DNA from: a virus
Taxonomy: Duplodnaviria > Caudoviricetes
IMG/VR virus record: IMGVR_UViG_3300049445_000092
Coordinates: 1-56,018 of that record
DNA: 56,018 nt
Direction: 5' to 3' (one strand)
Part shown: piece by piece, positions 26,266 to 35,401 of the stretch
Numbering within the stretch: the stretch's first letter is position 1
How the letters are laid out: every line of letters starts with the position of its first letter
Position numbers and translations under genes: made by a program
Notes under the pieces: generated by a model
What the model was told of the DNA's origin: nothing
Database searches by the model: none
The model's input: only the letters and a program-made list of their open reading frames with translations

Positions 26266-29200
26266 GCCCGCGCGCCCACTGCCGTCAGCTCGTTGAGCAG
26301 CTGCTGATCGTGCTCTGCGAGCATCTGCTGGAACTGAGCCGCCGCCACGTCGTGCGGGCTCTGGCCCGGTCCCGGTATAGCGGTGATCGTGACGTTGTAG
26401 ACGGGCGAGAAGTTGACGCCCGCCGCTGCTTCGGTGCCGGGCACGTCAGTCCGCTGGGCACCGCCGTAGGGGCGCAACGGTGTGCCGAGAGGGATCGGGG
26501 CCACGGGCAGCGCCTGCTGGCGCAACTGCGTGGCCTGTGCTTCGGCGAGAACGATGTTGCGCTGCAAGCCCCGGATCTCAGCCGTGATCCCGCCCGCCTG
26601 TTCCGCCGTGGTGGTCGACGCCGCGAGCTGGGCCGTCAGGGCCGTAATGATCCGCTGGTCGTTGTAGATGTAGGACTCGATCTGGAGCGCCCGTGTCGCC
26701 GCGCTCGCCATCGCTGTTGCCGCCGCCGCCGCCGCTGGGATCGACCCGGTGATGCCAATCGTGAACCCTTGACCGAAGAACTGACCTAGCCCCATCGTGA
26801 CCTTGGACGGCGAGGCGATCTTCGGGACCGCCGCCAGCTGGGCGATAGCCGCCTGGGCCACCGATGCCGCTGCCGCGGCCGCTGCGCCTGCCTGCGACTG
26901 GACGCCTCGCACGAAGCCCCCAGCCGTGTTGGAGCCATAGGTCGCGGCGAGATCCTGGTGGGCGTTCATCGGCCCGATAGCGGTCCTAACCCAGCCGTCG
27001 ATCCCCCCGCTGCCTGTGCTGGTGATGCCACGAACCCAGGCGTTGGCGGTGTTGGTGCCGTAGATGCCAGCGAGATTCTGGTGGGCGTTGAAGGGAGCGA
27101 TAGCGGACTTGGTGAACGCATCGACCGCTGCCGTGGCCGAGCCCTGCTGCGCCGTGATGCCAGCGACGAAGCCCGCCGTGACTTCGTTGCCTCCGTAGGT
27201 CCGGGCGAGATTCTGGTGGGCGTTGAACTGGCCGAGGGCCGTGACGGTCAGGACGCTCACTGCGCTTGTCGCCGCCCCCTGCTGACTGCTGATCCCCTGG
27301 ACGAAGGCGGTCGATGTGGCCGATCCGAAGCCTCTGGCCCGGTCCTGGTGCGCGTTGAACTCGTTCGTAGAAGCGGTGACGACGGCGTTCGCCGCGGTGG
27401 TGGCGGCTCCCGTCTGGCTGGTGATGCCCGCGGCCCACGCCGCTCCGGTGTTCGTTCCTGCCGTCTTTGCTTGGGGTCCCTTCTCAAACTTCGCCACTGC
27501 GCCACTGGCGTGAAGATCCACAACTGCCGCGGCCGTCTGCGTGGTCTCCCCGATACCAGAGGCGAACTGCCCACCCGTGTTCAAGCCCTTGGCGAACGCG
27601 TCGGGAGGGGACTTGGCAAGCGACTTCGCGGTGATCCCGGCGATCTCGTCAGCCGAGTTGATTATCCCGGGCTTCGATCCGTCCAGCCCAGCCTTAGCCG
27701 CGTTCCCCTGCGCCAGCGCCGCCAGGTACGCCGCCACCTGCTGTTCTTGCAGCTTCGTCGGGAGCGTGATGCCGAATTCCCCGGAGATCCTCTGCACTTC
27801 AGGAAGCCCGAGACCCAGAGCCTTGGCGACGGCACCGGCTGAAGCGCTCGCTCCTTCCACCGCCTTCTCCTGGTCGATTGCCATGGCCGTCGACAGGTCC
27901 GAGACCATCTGATCCGAGTTCTTCGTCGTCGCGAGGGCAACCAGGCGCGACTGTTCGACCGCCGCCGTCTGGAGCTGGGACAGCGCCGACACGCCGCTGT
28001 TGACCTCGGTCTTGAACGACTCGCTGTAGTTGTCAATCAAGGACTGGAGGGTCGCACCCGCCTGCGCCGGTCCCGCTTGAAGAATCTGGTTGATGAGGAT
28101 CGGGTTGTAACCGTCCTTGATCGCCTGTGTGAGGTTGGCCCCGAACTTGTTGGCTTCATCGACGTGGGTGCTGAAGAAGGTCGTGATGGCGTCACCGCTG
28201 ACAGCCAGATACCCGCTGAAGTTCTGCACCACCGACGAGAACGAGCTGAAGGACGACGCCGTGGCCGACATGGCGCCCGTCACCAGGGACACGATGGCGG
28301 CGCCTGTCTGGCCGCTCTGGATCTCCAGATCGGCGAACGCCTGAGTCGTTAGACCGACCGCCGCCGCCTGTTGTGGAAGCTGCTTGGCGATAGTCGCCGT
28401 GGTCTGGCCGGTTTGGGTGGCGAGCTTCAGCATCGAGTCACTGCTGATGCCGGTCTTCTGCGCCATGAGATCCAGGCGCTTGCTCATGTCCTCGATCTGC
28501 GTCGAGCTGAGAGCCTTCGTCAGGTTGATGCCCATGGACTGGGCGAGCTGATCGGCCGCGTCCTTGCTGATGTGGAACTTCGACGCCAGCGTGTCGGTGC
28601 CCTTGGCGTAGTTGTCCATCGCCGTTTTGGCGCGGGCCTGTTCTGCCTCAAGGTCTCGTTGTGCGATCAGCAGCGGGTTGAACTGCTCCACCAGCTGCCT
28701 CGCCCGGTCGCTGGTGTTCGACAGACTGTCAGTCACGGCATCGGCCGCTGGCTTGATCTTCTGAAGCTGGGCCGTGGTGTCGGCGAAAGCGCGCTGTGCT
28801 CCCACCAGAGAGTTGGTGGCGAGCTTCTCGAAACCTCCGGTCAGCTTCTCGACGGCCCCGGTCTGTTCGTCGGCCAGGAACTTGAACAAGGCGAACGCCC
28901 CACCGAGGATGGCGAGCCCGCCACCGACCACCAGGAGGGCAGGACCGAGACCACCCAGCGCCGTCACCATCCTGGCGATGAAGCCCGCCGCTCCCTCCGC
29001 TTCGCCACCCGCCGCGAGGGTCGCCATCGCCAGACCGAACTTCTGCATCGCCACCGACGCGCCTTCGAGCACTGGCGCCAGTTTCTGTATCGCCACCGTG
29101 ACACCGACGATGCCGAGGGCAACCGCGGCCACGCCGGGACCGCCGAACTTCAGCGCCAGATTCACGAACTCCAGCATTGGATTCAGCACCGTGAGCAGAC

Positions 29201-30254
29201 CGACTCCGAGGTCGTTCGCACCCTTCGTCAGCGACACGAAGATTCCAGCGAGGCTCTTCAGCGTGCTCTCGACCAGTGGCCCTTCGGACTGCATGGTAGA
29301 GATGAAGCTCTGGAAGCCGCCCGTCGCGGCGCCCGCGCCCCAGTTGGAGAAGTCGTTCCCGAGTTTGGTGAGAGCCCCGTCGACCGACGTGATGAGCGGC
29401 TGCGCCACGATCAGCGCATCGGTGATGGCGGTGCCCAAACCACCGAAGAGGTGACCGAAGGCCAGGATCGCCGGGCCAGCGTTGCTCTGGATGAAGCTGA
29501 TGAAGCTGGTGAACGTCGTCCCACCCAGCGAGGTACGGGCGCTCGCTTCGAGATCCAGCAGCGCCCCGGACACTTCATGCACCACCGGGGCCAGCGCGTG
29601 GAGCGCTGGAGTCAGCAGACTCACCGCGCCCTGAAGGACCGGCATCACGTCGGGCGCGGTGAGCTTGCCGAAGGCATTCACGGCATCGTTGACCGCCGAG
29701 GTCACCTGGGGCAGGTCGTTCTTCGCGGCCAGGGCGAACGCCCCCAGGCCGACGGTGGCTGCTGTGAAGGCCCCAGCCAGCCCTACAGCGGCTGCTGTGG
29801 CGACGCCAGCGATGGGGAAGAGGGCAGGCCCCAACGTGAGGATGCCGGTCACCAGGGCGCCGAAACCGCCGGGACCGCCTGCCTCGCCCGCCGACTCCTT
29901 CAGCTTCTTGAACGACTCACCGGCCCCGTCTGCCGCCTTCTTATCCTCCTCCAGCTTCTCCTTGACCCCGTGGTCGTCAACGTCGGCCGTCGCCGTCTTG
30001 TGCTCCAGCCCGAAGGCGTCCAGCTCGGCCTGGATCTCCTTGAGCTTGGCGTCATCGACCTTGACCCCGACCCCGATGACGGCGTTGTAGGCCGAGACCT
30101 GGGCCTTGAACTCGTCCAGCTTCTCCTCGTCCACGTTCAGGCCGACATCGACCTTGCCCGCATCGGTCGCGGCCAGACCAGCACGCAGGTCGGTGGCGAA
30201 CTTCGCCAGATCCGGCGTGATCGTGACCGATGCGGAGCCGAGATCGTCAGCCAT
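26262..30254 (-). CDS. Tape measure protein
   Basis: 1330 aa, Ala/Gly-rich, hydrophobic segments, NAHQ repeats, IASPSKV motif near C-terminus; follows tail chaperones. Confidence 0.92.
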   Translation of the reverse strand: MADDLGSASVTITPDLAKFATDLRAGLAATDAGKVDVGLNVDEEKLDEFKAQVSAYNAVIGVGVKVDDAKLKEIQAELDAFGLEHKTATADVDDHGVKEKLEEDKKAADGAGESFKKLKESAGEAGGPGGFGALVTGILTLGPALFPIAGVATAAAVGLAGAFTAATVGLGAFALAAKNDLPQVTSAVNDAVNAFGKLTAPDVMPVLQGAVSLLTPALHALAPVVHEVSGALLDLEASARTSLGGTTFTSFISFIQSNAGPAILAFGHLFGGLGTAITDALIVAQPLITSVDGALTKLGNDFSNWGAGAATGGFQSFISTMQSEGPLVESTLKSLAGIFVSLTKGANDLGVGLLTVLNPMLEFVNLALKFGGPGVAAVALGIVGVTVAIQKLAPVLEGASVAMQKFGLAMATLAAGGEAEGAAGFIARMVTALGGLGPALLVVGGGLAILGGAFALFKFLADEQTGAVEKLTGGFEKLATNSLVGAQRAFADTTAQLQKIKPAADAVTDSLSNTSDRARQLVEQFNPLLIAQRDLEAEQARAKTAMDNYAKGTDTLASKFHISKDAADQLAQSMGINLTKALSSTQIEDMSKRLDLMAQKTGISSDSMLKLATQTGQTTATIAKQLPQQAAAVGLTTQAFADLEIQSGQTGAAIVSLVTGAMSATASSFSSFSSVVQNFSGYLAVSGDAITTFFSTHVDEANKFGANLTQAIKDGYNPILINQILQAGPAQAGATLQSLIDNYSESFKTEVNSGVSALSQLQTAAVEQSRLVALATTKNSDQMVSDLSTAMAIDQEKAVEGASASAGAVAKALGLGLPEVQRISGEFGITLPTKLQEQQVAAYLAALAQGNAAKAGLDGSKPGIINSADEIAGITAKSLAKSPPDAFAKGLNTGGQFASGIGETTQTAAAVVDLHASGAVAKFEKGPQAKTAGTNTGAAWAAGITSQTGAATTAANAVVTASTNEFNAHQDRARGFGSATSTAFVQGISSQQGAATSAVSVLTVTALGQFNAHQNLARTYGGNEVTAGFVAGITAQQGSATAAVDAFTKSAIAPFNAHQNLAGIYGTNTANAWVRGITSTGSGGIDGWVRTAIGPMNAHQDLAATYGSNTAGGFVRGVQSQAGAAAAAAASVAQAAIAQLAAVPKIASPSKVTMGLGQFFGQGFTIGITGSIPAAAAAATAMASAATRALQIESYIYNDQRIITALTAQLAASTTTAEQAGGITAEIRGLQRNIVLAEAQATQLRQQALPVAPIPLGTPLRPYGGAQRTDVPGTEAAAGVNFSPVYNVTITAIPGPGQSPHDVAAAQFQQMLAEHDQQLLNELTAVGARA

Positions 30255-30586
30255 CAGGTCATCATCCGGTTCACCATCTCCATGTGAGCGATCATGTCGA
30301 TGATGTCAGCATCGGGCGCACCGTCGTCGTCTTCTTCATCCAGCCACTCGGATTCCGGTGGGAGCGCGCCGATCAGGCTGTTGAACGACTCGACGTAGAT
30401 GCGAGCGTTCTCCGATAGCTCGCTGTCCATAACCACCGCCTCCTCGTAGACGAGGCAGCTGACCACTTCGATGTAGGTTCGGGCGTCTAGCTGGCGCGGG
30501 GCTGCGATGCCGTTGAGCGCGAGCTTGCCGTTGATCTGGTGCCGGTGGCTTGCCGCCCAGCGGACGAAGTGCTGGACGGCGTCGTA
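30254..30586 (-). CDS. Tail assembly chaperone, frameshifted C-terminal extension (gpT-like)
   Basis: The -1 frame is open from the CCT-ACG site to 30254 (YDAVQHFVRWAASHRHQINGKLALNGI...). Confidence 0.65.
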   Translation of the reverse strand, partial: YDAVQHFVRWAASHRHQINGKLALNGIAAPRQLDARTYIEVVSCLVYEEAVVMDSELSENARIYVESFNSLIGALPPESEWLDEEDDDGAPDADIIDMIAHMEMVNRMMT

Positions 30587-30954
30587 GGGAGGTCGAACAG
30601 CACCTCCTGCACCTTGGTAGACAGCGCCCGGATGGTGCGAACGGTGGGCGCCGTCTTGGGCTGGTCCAGCACCTTGCCGAATGCCTCCTGCTCGCTATCC
30701 ACCAGGACAGCGGTGAAGAAGTCACGGGCCGTCAGCGCCGACTGGGTGCCGTCGCCCCCGATCTGGGCCAGCGTCCCCTTGACCCAGTTGTCAAGGGTGG
30801 CCCATGGCAGATCGTCCACGTTCTTCACATGCCAGACCCGGCCGTCGAGCTTGAACGTCATGGCGGGTTCCGCGTAGCCCTCGCTGGCGACCTCGTCCAG
30901 ATCCAGGTCGACGTGCTCAGGGACGGCTGCGGTCGCCCTCTTGGCGGGCGTCAT
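30487..30954 (-). CDS. Tail assembly chaperone (gpG-like)
   Basis: Between tail tube and tape measure; ends in DLPT plus Ser/Thr-rich tail. Confidence 0.75.
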   Translation of the reverse strand: MTPAKRATAAVPEHVDLDLDEVASEGYAEPAMTFKLDGRVWHVKNVDDLPWATLDNWVKGTLAQIGGDGTQSALTARDFFTAVLVDSEQEAFGKVLDQPKTAPTVRTIRALSTKVQEVLFDLPTTPSSTSSAGRQATGTRSTASSRSTASQPRAS

Positions 30955-30956
30955 GA

Positions 30957-31601
30957 CTAGCTGACAACCGTTCCCACCATCTGCGTGTCGAAGAAGAACG
31001 CGTACGGGTTGGCCGTCGGCGGCTTCTCCACGTTGAACTCGCAGAGCCACATCGCCTTGTTGTTGCCCCGCCTCATGATGCGCTTCACCTGGCCGATCTG
31101 GAACGCCTGCCGGATGATGATGCGGCTGAACGGGTCGCCACCAGTGGCGCCCGTCGTGGCCTTGGGCAGCGCGTCCCAGCCGATCATGACCCGGTTCTCG
31201 GTACCCGGTGTCGGCGGTTCGATCTTGACGCCGCCCGTGATGGCCGTCTGCATGGCCGTGGCCGTCGCGTTCAGGGGACCGGGCACGCCACCGTTCAGGG
31301 CGACGATGAGGTTAAAGGCGGTCGACTCGGCCAGGGTGAACGTGATCTTGGCGGTGTAGGTGTCGATGGCCGTGAAGACGGGGTACACCTCTTCCTCCAC
31401 CGTGATGTTGGAGGTGGTCGGGCCGAAGTCCATCTCGGACCCGCTGTCGGTGTAGCCGAGTGGGATCCAGCCTGGGGCCGGTGTGACCGGCCACGCCCCG
31501 GACACGCCGCTGGGCTCGGTGGTGCCAAGTGGCGCGACGTACAGCGTGCCGACGGCGACCTTGACTTGGTTGGACAGGAACGCAGCTTGTGCGGTGGGCA
31601 T
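30957..31601 (-). CDS. Major tail (tube) protein
   Basis: GTLYVAPLGTTEP...W..LGYTDSG..FTLAE. Confidence 0.85.
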   Translation of the reverse strand: MPTAQAAFLSNQVKVAVGTLYVAPLGTTEPSGVSGAWPVTPAPGWIPLGYTDSGSEMDFGPTTSNITVEEEVYPVFTAIDTYTAKITFTLAESTAFNLIVALNGGVPGPLNATATAMQTAITGGVKIEPPTPGTENRVMIGWDALPKATTGATGGDPFSRIIIRQAFQIGQVKRIMRRGNNKAMWLCEFNVEKPPTANPYAFFFDTQMVGTVVS

Positions 31602-31629
31602 TCAGTTCCCCTTTGTCTGCCGGGATCAG

Positions 31630-32082
31630 CTACTGGACGCCGACGGCCTCAAGGGACGCATTGCCGATGATCCGCGGGAAGCCGGTCTCCGGGTCCACGT
31701 CATCGAGCCAATGAGAGATCGACGCATCGAGGGTCACGGTAGATCCGACCGGGTTGATCCGGGTTGATCCCTGGACGCCGAGATCCTGAAGCGCTTGGGT
31801 GACGAGCGTCTTCAGATTCCGCAGCATCGGCCAGTCCGACGCCCGCTGGCCCCACATCTCGATGGACACGGTTTCGGTCAGCCACTGGAAGTCGCTCTGG
31901 GAGCTGGGCTGTTCGAGGATCGAGTAGATGCGGAGGAACGGGTAGCCGCTCACGGCGATCTTGCCGTTGGCGATGGGGACCCGGAAGAAGACGCGGCCAC
32001 CGATGACGGGCGCCAGCAGCGGATGGGCCTTGAGCCACTGCTTGAAGTCGGCCATGACATCGGGGTAGACGCTGACGGGCAT
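31630..32082 (-). CDS. Tail terminator/completion protein
   Basis: Position before tail tube; GGRVFFRVP...PF.RI...EMWG. Confidence 0.7.
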   Translation of the reverse strand: MPVSVYPDVMADFKQWLKAHPLLAPVIGGRVFFRVPIANGKIAVSGYPFLRIYSILEQPSSQSDFQWLTETVSIEMWGQRASDWPMLRNLKTLVTQALQDLGVQGSTRINPVGSTVTLDASISHWLDDVDPETGFPRIIGNASLEAVGVQ

Positions 32083-33539
32083 CAGATCAGCGTCCAGACC
32101 CAGGTAGGCGCGGCCGAGTAGGTGAGCGTGATGAAGGCCCCTGAGGGCAGTGGGACGAGGCACGGGGTGGCTGTGAAGAGCGTGCGTGCGCCGATACCCC
32201 CAGTGTTGACGGCGACGGCGGTGACGGTGCCCCCGGTGATGGCGATGAGGGCGTCCTTCCAGAGCGGATTCTGGAAAGCGACCGTCGTGGCGGGCACGGC
32301 GATAGCGGGGACATCGGTCGGGTTGACCGTAGCCGCCTTACGTCCGATGTTGTTGATCTTGAGGGCCTGGCAGCCGCTGACGACGGGCTCGGTGCCTTCG
32401 CCCTCGCCGCCGCCGCTGACCTCGAAGCCGACGTAGCCGCGACCGTTGCCGCCGTCGATGATGTCGAACCCGCCGTCGAACACACTGCCGTGATTGTGTT
32501 CAACGTCCATGTCGAGCACGATGCAATGGGTGTAGGTGTCCCATTGCAGATAGGTGCCGCAGGACTCGATGCAGGCGTAGATGATGATGTTGCCGTGGGC
32601 GTACCCTTGGGCCGATATGGCGACGCCCCGGTTACAGTAGACCGTTGCCGTCCTGGTCACAACGCAATGCTCGGTGATGATGAGCCCGGTGTAGTAGCCC
32701 TCACAGGACCAGCTGTAGATGTTGCACAACGCGTTATTGCCCTGGCTCGGCGGGCGCAGACCGATGGCCCAGTTGTGCGTCGGGAAGATGGTGCCGACAC
32801 CGCCCGTGCCGAGAGTCCGGGCGTCGCAGAACGCACCGGCTGACCGGACGGTCAGCTGGGCCAGGCCCTGGAAGTCGAACGCCGTCATCGTCGGATTCGT
32901 GGTGGAGCTGCACACTGAGATGCCATCCAGAATCAGATGCATGTTCGAGAACAGGAACGTCGAGTCGTTGGAGTTGCCGTAGCCCTGTTCGGACGTGGGA
33001 CCACCGAGCACCGATGGCGTGCCGTAGGTGCCGCTGTAGGCCCCGGTGATCGTGCTGTAAAGGCAGGCCCCCGACGCCGTCTGGCCGACGGTCTGAGTCC
33101 AGAGCGGCAGCGAGTCACCACCGCCCAGACCGCAGCGCATGACCAACGTGAACTTCTCACCCGTCGGGCTGATGACGGGCAGCGGAACCTGGGCGTTGCC
33201 CTTGTACAGCGTCCCTCCTTGCGTCAGGGCGCCCGACAAGACGTACTTTCCGGCCGGGAAATACAATTCCGCGTAGTTGCTCCCGTTGGCGATGGCCCCA
33301 CTAACGGCGTTGGCGATGCACGTCTTCAGCGCCGCCGTGCAGTCGCTGACTCCGTCGGTCGGAACGCCCTGGCGGGTCACGTCGATGGCTGCGGTGGCGC
33401 CCGCCGCCGCTTCAACTTGGGCGATGGCCGCAGTCGACAGCGTGCCGTTCGCCCCGACCAGGCTCACTTCCAAGAAGTTGTTCAGGGCGTTGCCCCAGAT
33501 GTCACCGGAGCCGGGAGGGGATGGGATGGCTGGGCTCAT
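32082..33539 (-). CDS. Pectate-lyase-like beta-helix appendage (tailspike/depolymerase-like)
   Basis: WGNALNNFL N-terminus; DGVSDCTAAL...LYFPAGKY, the typical start of a pectate_lyase_3-like beta-helix. Confidence 0.7.
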   Translation of the reverse strand: MSPAIPSPPGSGDIWGNALNNFLEVSLVGANGTLSTAAIAQVEAAAGATAAIDVTRQGVPTDGVSDCTAALKTCIANAVSGAIANGSNYAELYFPAGKYVLSGALTQGGTLYKGNAQVPLPVISPTGEKFTLVMRCGLGGGDSLPLWTQTVGQTASGACLYSTITGAYSGTYGTPSVLGGPTSEQGYGNSNDSTFLFSNMHLILDGISVCSSTTNPTMTAFDFQGLAQLTVRSAGAFCDARTLGTGGVGTIFPTHNWAIGLRPPSQGNNALCNIYSWSCEGYYTGLIITEHCVVTRTATVYCNRGVAISAQGYAHGNIIIYACIESCGTYLQWDTYTHCIVLDMDVEHNHGSVFDGGFDIIDGGNGRGYVGFEVSGGGEGEGTEPVVSGCQALKINNIGRKAATVNPTDVPAIAVPATTVAFQNPLWKDALIAITGGTVTAVAVNTGGIGARTLFTATPCLVPLPSGAFITLTYSAAPTWVWTLI

Positions 33540-33955
33540 GCTGCGACTCCGATCGCCAGAGCCCGGCGCATGACCGGGCGCGGCTCCATCTTCGACGTGC
33601 CCTTTTCGAGGTAGCTGCTGTAGTTGGCCCCGGCGGTGACCCGCTTGGAGACCCCCGACGGGCTGATGTAGGTGGAGTGGTGGAGCTGGGCCATCCAGTT
33701 GCCGGTGTCGCTGTGCGGCGGCGCTCCAGGGGCTGAGGCTTCGTGCGGGGGCCGGTGGCCGTAGGGGTGGACGCGGCCGAGGTGGTCGGTGAAGAACCAC
33801 GTCGTATAGACGCGCCCGCCGCCCGACGTGATGACCAGGGCCTTGGCTGCGCTCTCGACCGCGATGGCCTTGGACTCCATGATCCGGTCGATGGTGCCGC
33901 CGATCTCGCTGAAGAACTCGTGGATCGCCGTTGTGTCGATCTCGACGTTGTCCAC
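33536..33955 (-). CDS. HK97 gp10-like tail/neck component
   Basis: ASAPGAPPHSDTG...YSSYLEKGTSKMEPRP. Confidence 0.85.
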   Translation of the reverse strand: MDNVEIDTTAIHEFFSEIGGTIDRIMESKAIAVESAAKALVITSGGGRVYTTWFFTDHLGRVHPYGHRPPHEASAPGAPPHSDTGNWMAQLHHSTYISPSGVSKRVTAGANYSSYLEKGTSKMEPRPVMRRALAIGVAA

Positions 33956-34287
33956 TAGGTCACCGCCGTCTTCAGCCGCAGCGCCCCCTGGACGTGCGGG
34001 ATGAGGGCGTAGACCGTCGTCGTGTTGAGCAGCATCCAGACATCGCCCGTCATCTCATCGGTGATCTGGTCCTCGGCCACGATGTCGGTGCCGGGGTCGA
34101 CGTAGAGGCTGGCGTTGCTGGTGGTGTTCAGGCTGGCGATGAGGGAGGTCTGGTCACCGGGCACGGTGATGACGGCCCGCACGCCGCTGGCGACCGTTGA
34201 GAGCGCTCTGGGCGTGTCGCTGGGGTCCACGTCGACCGCGCTCGCCAGGCGTCCGATGGTGACCGTCGTCGTGGAGAAGGGGAGCAT
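33955..34287 (-). CDS. Head-to-tail stopper/closure protein
   Basis: TTTVTI.R...GV.A.I...DI...DQI.D; position in neck module. Confidence 0.7.
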   Translation of the reverse strand: MLPFSTTTVTIGRLASAVDVDPSDTPRALSTVASGVRAVITVPGDQTSLIASLNTTSNASLYVDPGTDIVAEDQITDEMTGDVWMLLNTTTVYALIPHVQGALRLKTAVT

Positions 34288-34973
34288 CAGATCTGCCAGC
34301 CCCCGACGTTCGCCCGTCGGAGCGAAGCGACTTCCTCGGCCATGCCCGCGTCGTAGAGCATCATGGCGTTCAGCCCGGCGCCGCTGATGGAGATTCCTCC
34401 GATGCTCATCGACGTGACGCCGCCGATGCCGCCCGTGGTAGCGAACTGGGGCTGGGAGCCGTACCGCACCATCTTCGCCAGGCAGCGCTTGAACGTCCAC
34501 ACATCGCCGCGGCTGTTCTGGCTCTGATCGTCCCAGCCGCCCCAGTAGGTGATCTGGATCTGGGCGGGCACGACAGCGCCGAAGAGGAACTGCTGATCCC
34601 AGAAGCCCCACGGCCCGACCATGACACCGATGCCCTGGATGGCACAGCCCGCCTGGAGCACGTCCTTGCCGCCCGCGGCGACTGGGTTCCACAGGCTGGA
34701 GCCGCTGGAGCCGTTGATCTGCTTGGTGGCGTCGATGGGCGTGGCCGACGGGTAGACGAAGCCGTTGTTGTAGAGCTTCAGGATCTCGGTGTACTGGCCG
34801 TAGCGCCAGGTCGCCTCGCACTCGATCGCCAGGATCAGCTCAACCTGGGGGAGCAGGAAGTCGAGCTGCGCCTGGTCCAGCGTCTGGTCGCCCGTCAGCA
34901 TCTGGTACTCGGACAGGGACAGGAATGCGTCGGTGAAGCCGGTGCCGTCGGCGGGCTGGCTGGGGAAACTCAC
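34287..34973 (-). CDS. Head-to-tail adaptor
   Basis: Position after capsid; ITYWGGW; SMSIGGISIS. Confidence 0.7.
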   Translation of the reverse strand: MSFPSQPADGTGFTDAFLSLSEYQMLTGDQTLDQAQLDFLLPQVELILAIECEATWRYGQYTEILKLYNNGFVYPSATPIDATKQINGSSGSSLWNPVAAGGKDVLQAGCAIQGIGVMVGPWGFWDQQFLFGAVVPAQIQITYWGGWDDQSQNSRGDVWTFKRCLAKMVRYGSQPQFATTGGIGGVTSMSIGGISISGAGLNAMMLYDAGMAEEVASLRRANVGGWQI

Positions 34974-35308
34974 CGCTTCCGCCGCTTCGGCTTGTCCGGT
35001 TCGGGGTGCATCCGCCGGTCGTACTCTTCGGCGTCGATCAGCTGCGTCAGCTTCTCCACCGGGACCATCGAGCCCGCCGGGTAGGCGAGCTGGAGGCTGT
35101 CGGGCCAGTAGAGGTGGGAGGCGGCGGGAGCCTTGGTCCGGGTGTCCCTTGAGCCGGGCGCAGGATGCGGCCAGGAGGCGAGAGAGATCACATTGCGGTC
35201 ATCCCACCCGACCGGGCGCCCAACGTCGTCAGGGGCCATTCCGGGGCCTCTCAGGGGATCGGGAGGGGGGGGGCCAGTGAAGTGCAGGATGATCGCGTCG
35301 TCGGCCAT
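34970..35308 (-). CDS. Hypothetical protein following the major capsid gene
   Basis: LAYPAG..VP motif and basic tail; GTGA overlap. Confidence 0.55.
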   Translation of the reverse strand: MADDAIILHFTGPPPPDPLRGPGMAPDDVGRPVGWDDRNVISLASWPHPAPGSRDTRTKAPAASHLYWPDSLQLAYPAGSMVPVEKLTQLIDAEEYDRRMHPEPDKPKRRKR

Positions 35309-35329
35309 CGCTGGTCACCCTACGCGGAG

Positions 35330-35355
35330 GGACCCCCACCCGAAGGTGAGGGTCC
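35330..35355 (-). terminator. Hairpin downstream of the major capsid gene
   Basis: Minus strand GGACCCTCACC-TTCG-GGTGGGGGTCC: 11-bp stem with one G-U and a C(UUCG)G loop. Confidence 0.75.
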
Positions 35356-35401
35356 GACCGCGCGGTTTGTGCTGGAGGCGGGAGCGTCCAGCCCCCGAAG
35401 A

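Noticed and set aside
26940-27460. NAHQ-containing 41-45-aa repeats in the tape measure
   Set aside because: Periodic repeats are normal for tape measure proteins
28371-30287. Long plus-strand ORFs (638 aa here; also 35165..37342, 49860..51254, 16104..17504)
   Set aside because: Antisense shadows of real minus-strand genes, expected in high-GC DNA; no recognisable motifs
8726-30954. Identical N-terminus MTPAKR in the ORF at 9112 and the tail chaperone at 30954
   Set aside because: Only six residues with no further similarity; likely coincidence
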